A DNA stretch of 64,000 nucleotides, taken from the NCBI GenBank assembly GCA_919901565.1, contig CAKKPE010000035.1:6396-70395 (forward strand). Direction: 5' to 3'. Position 1 is the first letter of the stretch, and every line of letters begins with the position of its first letter. The position numbers were made by a program, and so were the translations under genes. Positions 29,406 through 37,828 of the stretch are shown here, piece after piece. The DNA is from a bacterium. Lineage in GTDB: Bacteria > CG2-30-53-67. Below the pieces are notes generated by a model. That model saw only the letters and a program-made list of their open reading frames with translations. It was not told the DNA's origin and searched no databases.

Positions 29406-30434
29406 ATGGAGGATTCTCTCGTGAACGCAGGCCAGATCGAAAGACAATGGGGGATTATCAACACCCTCTGCCGGCGAAGCAGAACCACCCTTGATGAACT
29501 GGCCGAAGAATATGAAGTCTCCAAACGGACCATCCTGCGTGACTTGGACAAACTCAGCCTGATCTTTCCTCTCGTAGACAAGAAAGAAGGGAGACACAAA
29601 TACTGGTCCCTGATCGACGGCTACAAGGACGTCCCCCCCATCACCTTCCTTCCCACCGAGTTTTACGCCATCCAGGAAGGCACACGATTTCTCAAGGCCC
29701 TGGGCGATCCCTTTCTCAGGCCCACCTTAGAGTCTATCAGCCACAAAATCAGGGCCACCTTTGATCAGAGCAGGATCGAATCCTTCGAGAACCTCCGAAA
29801 AATCTTTTCAATCAACCTGAGCGCGGCTAAAGACTACTCCGGCAAGAGAGGTTTTTTGAGTCAGATCTTTTCGGCCGCAGCCGAACAGCGCCGTGTGGAG
29901 ATCGGCTACCAGGGCCTCAAAGATACTAAACCTCTGGTCAGAAAAGTTGACCCCTACAAACTCTGGTACCGGGACGGCACAGTCTATCTTGTGGGGCTAT
30001 GTCATCTGAGAAACAAGATCCGCATGTTCGCCGTGGACAGGATCACCCTCTTGAACCTTACGGATGATAACTTCCTGACCCCTGAAAACTTCGACTTCAA
30101 CGAATATATTGAACACGCCTTCAGCGTCATGATCGAAGACCCCATTCACGTCAAGGTAAGATTCAACCCCGAAATTGCCCGCTACATCGAAGAGCGTGAG
30201 TGGCATCCGAGCCAGAAGATAAAGAAATACAAGGACGGCTCGCTCCTCATGGAACTGACCGTGGGCGGGACATTGGAGATCAAACGGTGGATCTTAAGCT
30301 TCGGCTCCCAGGCCGAGGTCATCGAACCGGAAGCGCTCGTTGAGGAACTCCGGGCAGATCTGGAGAGAATGAGGCAGGTCTATAGTTTGGACAGTTCAAA
30401 CCGTTCAAGCAGTTTAAACCGGTCAAGTAGTTGA
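29406..30434 (+). CDS. WYL domain-containing transcriptional regulator (HTH + WYL)
   Basis: N-terminal HTH (TTLDELAEEYEVSKRTILRDLDKL) and WYL motif (KLWYRDGTVYLVGLCHLRNKIRMFAVDRI). The last ~17 codons are encoded by the tandem-repeat array E, so the native C-terminus is uncertain. Confidence 0.8.
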   Translation: MEDSLVNAGQIERQWGIINTLCRRSRTTLDELAEEYEVSKRTILRDLDKLSLIFPLVDKKEGRHKYWSLIDGYKDVPPITFLPTEFYAIQEGTRFLKALGDPFLRPTLESISHKIRATFDQSRIESFENLRKIFSINLSAAKDYSGKRGFLSQIFSAAAEQRRVEIGYQGLKDTKPLVRKVDPYKLWYRDGTVYLVGLCHLRNKIRMFAVDRITLLNLTDDNFLTPENFDFNEYIEHAFSVMIEDPIHVKVRFNPEIARYIEEREWHPSQKIKKYKDGSLLMELTVGGTLEIKRWILSFGSQAEVIEPEALVEELRADLERMRQVYSLDSSNRSSSLNRSSS

Positions 30435-30600
30435 AACGCCTGAACTCTTAAACAGCTTAAACCCTTTGAACGGTTTGAATCAAAGGTTTTGAACTTGAAC
30501 TGTTTAAACAATTTGAACCACTTGAACTTTTTGAACCAAATGTTTTTTTTTGAACGGTCCATTCTCTTTGAACGACTTGAACCCTTTGAACCAGAGGTTC
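30386..30600. repeat. degenerate 9-10-bp tandem repeat array (GTTCAAAC/GTTTGAAC/GTTTAAAC units), locus E
   Basis: About 20 units with the unit orientation alternating. Overlaps the WYL 3' end and runs up to the four-helix-bundle gene start. Confidence 0.8.
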
Positions 30601-30605
30601 TTAAA

Positions 30606-31067
30606 ATGACTGTCAAGTACTTCGAAGATCTCGAAATCTGGCAACGAGCGAGAGATCTGACAAACAAAATCTACCGACTCACCAGCAACGGCAAATTCGC
30701 CAAGGACTACGGCCTTCGAGACCAGATCCGGCGGGCAGCGGTTTCCGTCATGTCCAACATCGCCGAAGGCTATGAGCGGGGAGGCAACCAAGAGCTGATC
30801 CAGTTTCTCTCCATTGCCAAAGGCTCCTGCGGAGAAGTGAGATGCCAACTGCATATAGCCGGTGACCAAGGCTATGCGGAAACAAAAGAAACCGCTCACC
30901 TCATCGATTCATTCAAAAAGCTCTCCGTCATGATCCACAATTTTATGGACTATATCAAAAAAAGCCCCTACAAAGGCGCCAAGTACAAACAGCCGAAACA
31001 AAAAAGCATGAAAGAAAAACTCGATGAGATCCTAAAAGACCATGGAATGGATAATAACAAGGTTTGA
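30606..31067 (+). CDS. four helix bundle protein (TIGR02436 family; '23S rRNA intervening sequence protein')
   Basis: [22 protein letters not shown]...[41 protein letters not shown] matches the family consensus. Flanked on both sides by tandem-repeat arrays. Confidence 0.85.
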   Translation: MTVKYFEDLEIWQRARDLTNKIYRLTSNGKFAKDYGLRDQIRRAAVSVMSNIAEGYERGGNQELIQFLSIAKGSCGEVRCQLHIAGDQGYAETKETAHLIDSFKKLSVMIHNFMDYIKKSPYKGAKYKQPKQKSMKEKLDEILKDHGMDNNKV

Positions 31068-31312
31068 ACCATTTGATCTTTTTGATCTTTTTGAACCCCT
31101 TGAACTATTTGAACTTTTTGACCCCTTTGAACAAAATATTTTATCTTGAACGATTTGAACTTATTGAACAAAATCTCTTATCTTGAACCCTTTGAACCAA
31201 AAGGTTTTATCTTGAACCCTTTGAACTATTTGAACTTTTTGACCTCTTTGAACCAAATGTTTTATCTTGAACGGTTTGATCTTATTGAACAAAATGTCTT
31301 AACCTTGAACAT
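31068..31312. repeat. tandem repeat array (TTGAAC-core units) with a ~105-bp higher-order duplication, locus F
   Basis: Units such as ctttgaacc / atttgaact / cttgaacg. The segment ~31075-31195 is repeated at ~31205-31310. Confidence 0.8.
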
Positions 31313-31400
31313 TTTCTTAATACTTGACATAATCTGTCCACTATCAGCAGTATACTCATCCACGTTAACTCCGCCCCTTTCCCCGCAGTGGGAGACCAGG

Positions 31401-31440
31401 GTGAGGGCCAGCCCCGTTAGACAAGAACTGTCTAACGGGG
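31401..31440. repeat. 50-bp repeat containing an 11-bp-stem hairpin (CCCCGTTAGAC-N-GTCTAACGGGG), copy H1
   Basis: About 90% identical over ~50 bp to 32866-32914 (copy H2, inside the 3' end of the ORF6N gene). Confidence 0.7.
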
Positions 31441-31444
31441 TGAG

Positions 31445-31545
31445 GGGGGAAACAGAACTGGATCCTTGCACTCAGGAGAAAGGTTTAATAGGAGATCATG
31501 ACGACCAAACCCGACCCCATCGCCCACGTAACTGAAGACGGACGA
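31445..31545 (+). repeat. ~101-bp direct repeat copy R-A (promoter/RBS plus first 17 codons of a cas3-like gene)
   Basis: About 94% identical to 34868-34969. Encodes the mini-ORF MTTKPDPIAHVTEDGRTHS (31499-31558) immediately before the RBS of the pRiA4b-ORF3-like gene. Confidence 0.8.
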
Positions 31546-31575
31546 ACTCATTCGTAAAATAAAAAAGGAGAAACC

Positions 31576-32142
31576 ATGCCAAAACGTATCAATAAGAAAC
31601 CTGTTGTATATCAGTTGAAAGTGACCTTGAAGAATTCCAAGCCGCCGATATGGAGAAGGATTCAGGTCGCCAGTGATACGAGTCTGGAGAAGCTTCATTG
31701 GATACTTCAGAGCGTCATGGGCTGGACGAATTCGCATCTTCATCAGTTCAAGGTGGGGCGAGAGTACTATGGCGAACCCTCCCCGGACTATGATTTCGAT
31801 GTCGAGGATGAACGGAAAATAACACTTGCTGAAGCGGCGCCCGGATTAAAGAAGAAGTTTATCTATGAATACGACCTCGGCGACGGATGGGAGCACGAGG
31901 TACTCGTGGAAAAGGTTCTGGAGCCCGAGCCCGGTGTGCGCTATCCTTTCTGCGCCGATGGCCTACGCGCCTGTCCGCCGGAGGATTGCGGAGGAATCTG
32001 GGGCTATGAGGAATTCCTGGAAGCTATTCGTGATCCGAAGCACCCTGAGCACGATGAGATGCTGGAATGGATCGGCGGGAAATTTGATTCTGAACAATTC
32101 CATCTGGAGTATGTTAATCAGGAATTGAAGCGCTTGAAGTGA
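31576..32142 (+). CDS. plasmid pRiA4b ORF-3-like family protein (PF07929-like)
   Basis: YQLKVTLKNSKPPIWRRIQVASDTSLEKLHWILQSVMGWTNSHLHQF...YEYDLGDGWEHEV matches the family signature. Confidence 0.85.
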   Translation: MPKRINKKPVVYQLKVTLKNSKPPIWRRIQVASDTSLEKLHWILQSVMGWTNSHLHQFKVGREYYGEPSPDYDFDVEDERKITLAEAAPGLKKKFIYEYDLGDGWEHEVLVEKVLEPEPGVRYPFCADGLRACPPEDCGGIWGYEEFLEAIRDPKHPEHDEMLEWIGGKFDSEQFHLEYVNQELKRLK

Positions 32143-32255
32143 ACTATCGAACGCACCGCGCAGTTAGCCTCGGAATTCGACTTCGCCGGGTGGGGAAGGC
32201 TGGCCGGGATGGCATGATATTGCCTGTCAACAAATGATGTCAACAGGAGGGACGC

Positions 32256-32885
32256 ATGAAGGGACTCATTCCACAGGACGTGATTGAGCGGAAAATCTAC
32301 TTGATTCGAGGGCAGAGGGTCATGTTAAGTATGGACCTATCCGAACTTTACGGAGTAACAACAAAACGACTGAACGAACAGGTGAAGCGCAACAAGGGCC
32401 GATTTCCTGGGGATTTCATGTTTCAGCTTACGTCTGAAGAAAAAGCAGAGGTGGTCGCAAATTGCGACCACCTCTCGAAGCTCAAGTTTGCTTCGGTCCT
32501 CCCCTATGCTTTTACTGAGCACGGCGCGATCATGGTCGCCAGTGTTCTTAATACCAAACGGGCCATTGATGTAAGCATCTATGTAGTCCGAGCATTCGTA
32601 AAACTTCGTGGAATACTCTCGACGAATAAAGAGTTTGCACAGAAATTAGCCGAGTTAGAGACAAAACTCGAATCCCATGACGGAGCAATTCGTACCCTGG
32701 TCAGAGCCATCCGCCAACTCATGGCGGAGCCGGAGCCGCCAAGAAAAAGAATCGGATTCCAGGCCAAAGAAGGCAGCGTCAGGTACAGAAGATCGGCTTC
32801 GACGGTTTCTTCTCATCGCCGATGGAAAGCGAGTCAGCCTCGCGTCCCCTCGCCCCCTAAAGGGGGTGAGTGCCAGCCCCGTTAG
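32256..32885 (+). CDS. ORF6N domain-containing protein (KilA-N-related DNA-binding)
   Basis: IYLIRGQRVMLSMDLSELYGVTTKRLNEQVKRNKGRFPGDFMFQLTSEE is the ORF6N signature. The C-terminal tail runs into hairpin repeat H2. Confidence 0.8.
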   Translation: MKGLIPQDVIERKIYLIRGQRVMLSMDLSELYGVTTKRLNEQVKRNKGRFPGDFMFQLTSEEKAEVVANCDHLSKLKFASVLPYAFTEHGAIMVASVLNTKRAIDVSIYVVRAFVKLRGILSTNKEFAQKLAELETKLESHDGAIRTLVRAIRQLMAEPEPPRKRIGFQAKEGSVRYRRSASTVSSHRRWKASQPRVPSPPKGGECQPR

Positions 32886-33254
32886 ACAAGAACGGTCTAA
32901 CGGGGAGAGGGGGCATGGCCGAGCAGAGCAGCCATTGAAGCATTGGAAGTGAACAACGGTGAGGGTGATGCGATGAGTAATGAACTGGTCGGATGGGATG
33001 ACGGCAAGATCTACTTTTACGATAGGAACGGAACAGAGTTTTGCGTGAACGATCACCCTGATCTCTTGCAAAAGATGGTCGAGATATGTGCCGGATATTT
33101 TATGCGGGGTGAAGACTGAGGTCATATGGGCACTGAGAATCCTTTGGCACACTTTGAAGCCGACGGCATTTGCTGACGGAGCACCGGACTGATACCGCCG
33201 AACGGGCTGCACGGTTTTCTGTCAAAGACTGGAAAGAAAAAGCAGAGGTGTGAA

Positions 33255-34607
33255 ATGAGTCACGATGAAATCGGAGTGTTGCTCGGAAAGGGCGAATCCG
33301 AGAAAATAGAGTTTAAGGAAAAATTCGACAGAGAAGCTATCGAAACCGCGGCTGCGTTTGCCAACACGAAAGGCGGAGTGATTCTTATCGGGTTTTCGGA
33401 TAAAGGAAGAGTCAAAGGCATTCAAATCGGAAAAGAGACGCTCAAAGACTGGGCAAATCAGATTTCTCAGTGCACGGAGCCCAGCATCGTACCGGAAATC
33501 AAACAGGCCGAAATAGAGGGTAAGGATGTTGTGATGATATGGATCAAAGAAGTCCCTATTAAGCCTGTATCCGTGAGAGGCAGATGCCTCAGGAGGGTGG
33601 GAAACAGCAACCGGATAATGACGCCGAACGAAGTTGCCCAAGTGCATCTCGCCACCACCGGCACGAGCTGGGACAAGCTTCCGGCAAAAGATGCTTCTGT
33701 TGATGCCATAGATCTTGCGAAGGTCAAGCGATATGTCAACAAGGCAAACCAATCCGGCAGGAGAAAGATCGGTAATGATGAGACGCCTCTGCAGGTTCTC
33801 GAAAAGCTCGATCTGATAAAAGACGGACAAGCCACCTGGGCGGCAATCCTTCTCTTTCGCAAGGACGGCAAGCGTTTCCTCTCCCAGACAGCGGTACACT
33901 GCGGCAGATTCAAGGAAGAGACCATCGTTATCGATGACAGGATGATCGAAGGCACCATCATAGAGCAGATAGACGATGCAATGGATTTCATCCGCAAAAA
34001 CATCAACGTTCGTTTTGTCATGACCGGAAGGCCCGCAAGAGAGGAAATATGGGACTATCCCATCGAAGCGCTGAGAGAGGCTTTGATCAACGCGGTCTGC
34101 CATCGAGATTATACCATTCCATCGAACACCGAAGTAAGGATATATGACGACAGGTTGATTGTGTGGAATCCGGGAGGACTCCCTCTCGGGATAACCATGG
34201 ATGACCTTTACAAGCCCCATCCCTCTGTGCTCAGGAACAAGGGTATAGGGGAGATATTCTATGACGTAGGCCTCATTGAACAGTGGGGCAGCGGAATAGA
34301 CAAGATGCGAAGTGCCTGCCTGAAATCAGGACTTCCTGAGCCGCAGTTTGAAGAGTATCAGGGATTCAGGGTGATCTTCAGAAAAGACGTCTATACAGAA
34401 GAATATCTCCGCAACCTTGGCTTGAATGAAAGGCAGATCAAGGCAGTGATGTATGTAAAGGAGAAAGGGAAGATTACGAACAAGGAGTATCGTGAAATAA
34501 CCGGGCTTTCTGATGAGGGAGTCAGGATAGACGTGAATGGGCTAATTGGAAAAGGGGTATTATTGTCAAAAGGTAGAGGCAGGAACGTTCATTATGTTCT
34601 TAAGTAA
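33255..34607 (+). CDS. AlbA_2 (Schlafen-like) + HATPase_c_4 + C-terminal HTH ATP-binding protein (putative DNA-binding / defence-associated)
   Basis: N-terminal ESEKIEFKEKFDREAIETAAAFANTKGGVILIGF (AlbA_2). Central ALREALINAVCHRDYTIPSNTEVRIYDDRLIVWNPGG (HATPase_c_4, RecG C-terminal-like). C-terminal wHTH-like region. Confidence 0.8.
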   Translation: MSHDEIGVLLGKGESEKIEFKEKFDREAIETAAAFANTKGGVILIGFSDKGRVKGIQIGKETLKDWANQISQCTEPSIVPEIKQAEIEGKDVVMIWIKEVPIKPVSVRGRCLRRVGNSNRIMTPNEVAQVHLATTGTSWDKLPAKDASVDAIDLAKVKRYVNKANQSGRRKIGNDETPLQVLEKLDLIKDGQATWAAILLFRKDGKRFLSQTAVHCGRFKEETIVIDDRMIEGTIIEQIDDAMDFIRKNINVRFVMTGRPAREEIWDYPIEALREALINAVCHRDYTIPSNTEVRIYDDRLIVWNPGGLPLGITMDDLYKPHPSVLRNKGIGEIFYDVGLIEQWGSGIDKMRSACLKSGLPEPQFEEYQGFRVIFRKDVYTEEYLRNLGLNERQIKAVMYVKEKGKITNKEYREITGLSDEGVRIDVNGLIGKGVLLSKGRGRNVHYVLK

Positions 34608-34867
34608 CTTGGCGATTGGTTGGCATCTACTTGGCGATTATGGCGATTATCTGGCGGTTGGCTAATCGAGCCAAAGGGGCGCCCATGGGGCAATGCTTCA
34701 TATCTGGTGGGCAAGGCACCCACTTGCCTCTTCGAAAAATCGTATTGGGCATAAGGAATTATGATTCTAAGCGAGAAGGAACATAAGAACTTGAGGTCGC
34801 ATTTTGTGACCTTAAAGCGGGGGCGTGGGCAGCACCGGAAGTATCTCCCACTGGCCTTTACCGAATA

Positions 34868-34969
34868 GGGGGGAAACAGAACTGGACCCTTGCACTCAGG
34901 AAAAAGGTTGAACAGGAGATTCATGACGACCAAACCCGACCCCATCGCCCACGTAACCGAAGACGGACG
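34868..34969 (+). repeat. ~101-bp direct repeat copy R-B (native context: 5' region of truncated cas3)
   Basis: Pairs with R-A at 31445-31545. Six mismatches and one indel. Confidence 0.8.
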
Positions 34970-35084
34970 CGTGCATCCGCTCCGGGATCACCTGAACGGA
35001 ACATCTGAGATGGCTGCGAAATTCGCTTTTGACTTTGGCTGTACCGAGTGGAGACGGCTGGCGGGGCTGTGGAGTTGGAATTGA
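34923..35084 (+). pseudogene. cas3: cas3 N-terminal remnant (HD-domain start, ~50 codons, truncated before the HD motif)
   Basis: MTTKPDPIAHVTEDGRVHPLRDHLNGTSEMAAKFAFDFGCTEWRRLAGLW follows the Cas3 N-terminal pattern (HL..V...A..FA..FG...W..LAGLWHDxGK) and stops where HD(L/I)GK should be. It lies directly upstream of cas5c, which is the canonical I-C cas3 position. Confidence 0.55.
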
Positions 35085-35114
35085 TGTGAACAAACGGGGG
35101 AGAAAGGAGCGTAT

Positions 35115-35750
35115 ATGCAAACCTACTCAATTCAAATGGAGGTATCCGGTCCCACGGCTATGTGGACACGCCCAGACACGGGTGACTCGCCGGTGAGTTA
35201 TCCTGTACCGACGTATTCAGCGGCAAAAGGTCTGTTTGAGGCGGTTGTCAGGATTGAGACAGTGGAGATCGTACCGGTCAAGGTGGAAATTTGTAAGCCG
35301 ATCGTTTTCCACAACTACGCGACCAATTACGGGGGGCCATTACGGAAAACAGCAATTATGCCACACAGTAGTTATCAGTTGCTGGCAACAACTCTGATCA
35401 ATGTGTGCTACCGGCTTTATGCGGAGATAAAACCGGCGCGATTTGCCGGGACGTTATCCGAAAAAGCGCGTTTGCAGGCAAGTAAAGGACTCAATGCGCT
35501 GCACGCCTGCCAGGATATGTTCAACCGCCGCTTGAAAAAAGGGCAGTGGCATGATACGCCTTTCCTTGGCTGGCGTGAATTTGTACCAGACTATATCGGG
35601 CCATTTCGGGAGGGTACGCAGATACAGGAAGATATTTCACTCGACCTGCCAAGTTTTCTTTTTTCTGTGTTTGAACCATCAGGGAGCAAACAACCAGTTT
35701 ACAAGCCTGATGCTAAAGTGAGAAACGGAGGGCTTGTCTATGCTGAATGA
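35115..35750 (+). CDS. cas5: type I-C CRISPR-associated protein Cas5c (Cas5d)
   Basis: 211 aa. MQTYSIQMEVSGPTAMWTRPDTGDSPVSYPVPTYSAAKGLFEAVV is the Cas5 Dvulg-type N-terminus. No cas6 in the locus. Confidence 0.85.
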   Translation: MQTYSIQMEVSGPTAMWTRPDTGDSPVSYPVPTYSAAKGLFEAVVRIETVEIVPVKVEICKPIVFHNYATNYGGPLRKTAIMPHSSYQLLATTLINVCYRLYAEIKPARFAGTLSEKARLQASKGLNALHACQDMFNRRLKKGQWHDTPFLGWREFVPDYIGPFREGTQIQEDISLDLPSFLFSVFEPSGSKQPVYKPDAKVRNGGLVYAE

Positions 35751-37797
35751 GCTTCGTGAACTATCGATATGCCTGGAAAAAGCAGGAATAAACCCTCCGG
35801 ACTATCACCCCAAGTTTACTTTATGTCCAAAGAGAACAGCTTGCTCTGTATACTTGGATAAAGATGGAAATATCTCAAGCATCAGCTCGATGGCCATTGA
35901 TCAGGTACAGACAGTTCGAAAATGGGATGGTGTCGGATCATATGGGGTTTCCTTTCCGTCGGTTAACTTGCCACCATTGTTGAAAGTGACTGATGACGAA
36001 TGCAAAAAGAAATTAATCACCATGAAAAAAAGCAGCAACATGTCGCGAGATGAAATTCAAAAAATTGTCACCTGTTCCACAAATCTGTGGCTGGATAACT
36101 TGGGTAAGAAGACAAATGCATTCGATAAAATCAACGAATGTCTTGATAAACCAGTAAACGACTTGTTTGCAAAACTTACTGATGTCCCTGATGAGTTTTC
36201 GTCAATTACTGAACTTCTTGCGAGAGCGAAAAAAATTGATTCAAAGAGATTCCATGGTCAATTGTATGGCGAGTTGATTAAGAATATTGAAGAAGGCAAG
36301 TCATGGCCAATAGATGTGTTGTTTTACTATAGTGGCGCAAAACCATTAGACTTTCAGATTGTTTTCGAAATTAGTGATTGGAAACAATTCCCTGCAAATC
36401 ATCCGGAAGTTCAAAAATGGATGAACTCAAAACTGCTGTCATCAACGACAACGAAAGTTTCTGCGGAAGTAGACGCGTTTGGCTGTAATGCTTCCGGGAA
36501 TGACGAGAAATTTCCAGATGTCGGTTTTAAAAACGCACTTGGTAATGTAAAGCTTCGGGCCATGACCAAAGACTCTCCTTGTCAGATGCGATACGGAATG
36601 ATTGAGCACGAATCTTTTTCTGTCGGGAATGATGTGCGGAAAGAAATGAAGCGTGCACTGGAATGGCTTGGAGACGACGATCGTAAAGGGAAAACATGGT
36701 GTGACCTCAGCCGTAGGATGGAACGACCGATGCTATTATTTGCCTATCCAACCCAAATTCCAGATAGTTTGCCTGACTTGGCTGGCATAATGGGAGATGC
36801 GGAAGACGAATTAGCTGAAATAGGGCAAGCGCGGTTTGCTGCGCTCGCTGAGAGAGTAACGGTTGCCTTGCGGGGTAGGACAAAGGAAACGGTAGATTCC
36901 GGGGTTCGTGTATTTGTTCTTGCGAAAAGACCGGGCGACGCGCGCACCAAGGTACTGGCGAGCAGGCGATATTCTGCCGATCATGTTATTCATGCGGCTC
37001 AGCTTTGGCAGGAGGGCAGCAGGAATGGTCCTACAATCAAGATACGGAGTTTCGGAAAAAACAAGGGTGATACGCCAGTTTGGATTGAAACGCTGATACC
37101 ATTTCCGGCAGAGGCGGTTTGGTGTCTGAATACGGTTTGGTCCCGTCAGGGCACCCGTGCGGAAGGGGCGCACGGATTCTCCGTCAATGATGCATTAATT
37201 CTGCTGCTGGGGGATGGTCACGAACTCCACCAGGTTGCCACAAGGGCGCTGAACGTAGCCCTTCGCAACAGTTTACCGTTGTTTCTGGCGCTTGGACAGG
37301 CAAATGCACAAGGGCTTGTGCATATGATCGATAAAAAATACACGAAGAAATATGAGAAACAAAAATTGTTGCTCCCGTCAATTATAAGTTTGAGCTTACA
37401 TAAACTGGGACACACGAAAGGAGAAATTATGACATCCTCTGCTTTTCTGGTCGGCAGGTTACTAAACCTCGCCGACAGTCTGCACCTCGAATACTGCAAA
37501 GGACCGCGTAAAGGGTCCGTTCCGCCGCAGCTAGTTGGCAATGCGCTTATGGCAACTGCTCTTGAAACTCCTGAAAAAGCCCTTTCAATGCTATCTCAGA
37601 GGGTTTTGCCCTATCAGGCATGGGCACGAACAGTGAAGGAGGGCGATAGGGTGGGCCTGGTAAAAACTTTTCTTAAGCAGCTTAGCGAGGTATCAGAGCA
37701 GTTGAAGGAAGCCCCATTGCCGCAGCGGTCCAGTGATACAGATAAAGCACAGATGCTGCTCGGGTATCTTGCCCGCGTAGAATCAGAAAAGAATTAA
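35734..37797 (+). CDS. cas8c: type I-C CRISPR-associated protein Cas8c (Csd1), large subunit
   Basis: 687 aa. 17-nt overlap with cas5c. Position and size match Csd1. Called mostly by synteny. Confidence 0.7.
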   Translation: MSMLNELRELSICLEKAGINPPDYHPKFTLCPKRTACSVYLDKDGNISSISSMAIDQVQTVRKWDGVGSYGVSFPSVNLPPLLKVTDDECKKKLITMKKSSNMSRDEIQKIVTCSTNLWLDNLGKKTNAFDKINECLDKPVNDLFAKLTDVPDEFSSITELLARAKKIDSKRFHGQLYGELIKNIEEGKSWPIDVLFYYSGAKPLDFQIVFEISDWKQFPANHPEVQKWMNSKLLSSTTTKVSAEVDAFGCNASGNDEKFPDVGFKNALGNVKLRAMTKDSPCQMRYGMIEHESFSVGNDVRKEMKRALEWLGDDDRKGKTWCDLSRRMERPMLLFAYPTQIPDSLPDLAGIMGDAEDELAEIGQARFAALAERVTVALRGRTKETVDSGVRVFVLAKRPGDARTKVLASRRYSADHVIHAAQLWQEGSRNGPTIKIRSFGKNKGDTPVWIETLIPFPAEAVWCLNTVWSRQGTRAEGAHGFSVNDALILLLGDGHELHQVATRALNVALRNSLPLFLALGQANAQGLVHMIDKKYTKKYEKQKLLLPSIISLSLHKLGHTKGEIMTSSAFLVGRLLNLADSLHLEYCKGPRKGSVPPQLVGNALMATALETPEKALSMLSQRVLPYQAWARTVKEGDRVGLVKTFLKQLSEVSEQLKEAPLPQRSSDTDKAQMLLGYLARVESEKN
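37429..37797 (+). CDS. candidate Cas11c small subunit from an internal in-frame start within cas8c
   Basis: AAAGGAGAAATT-ATG at 37429, in frame, yields 122 aa (MTSSAFLVGRLLNL...). Internal translation of a Cas11 from the I-C cas8c 3' end is a published mechanism. Confidence 0.45.
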   Translation: MTSSAFLVGRLLNLADSLHLEYCKGPRKGSVPPQLVGNALMATALETPEKALSMLSQRVLPYQAWARTVKEGDRVGLVKTFLKQLSEVSEQLKEAPLPQRSSDTDKAQMLLGYLARVESEKN

Positions 37798-37828
37798 ACC
37801 AACACATTTAAGGAAAAGGAGACAGACC

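Noticed and set aside
34880-34900. Possible sigma-54 promoter (TGGACCCTTGCA) upstream of the cas3 remnant/cas5
   Set aside because: GG and GC elements are 6 nt apart instead of the required 10. Not a -24/-12 promoter.
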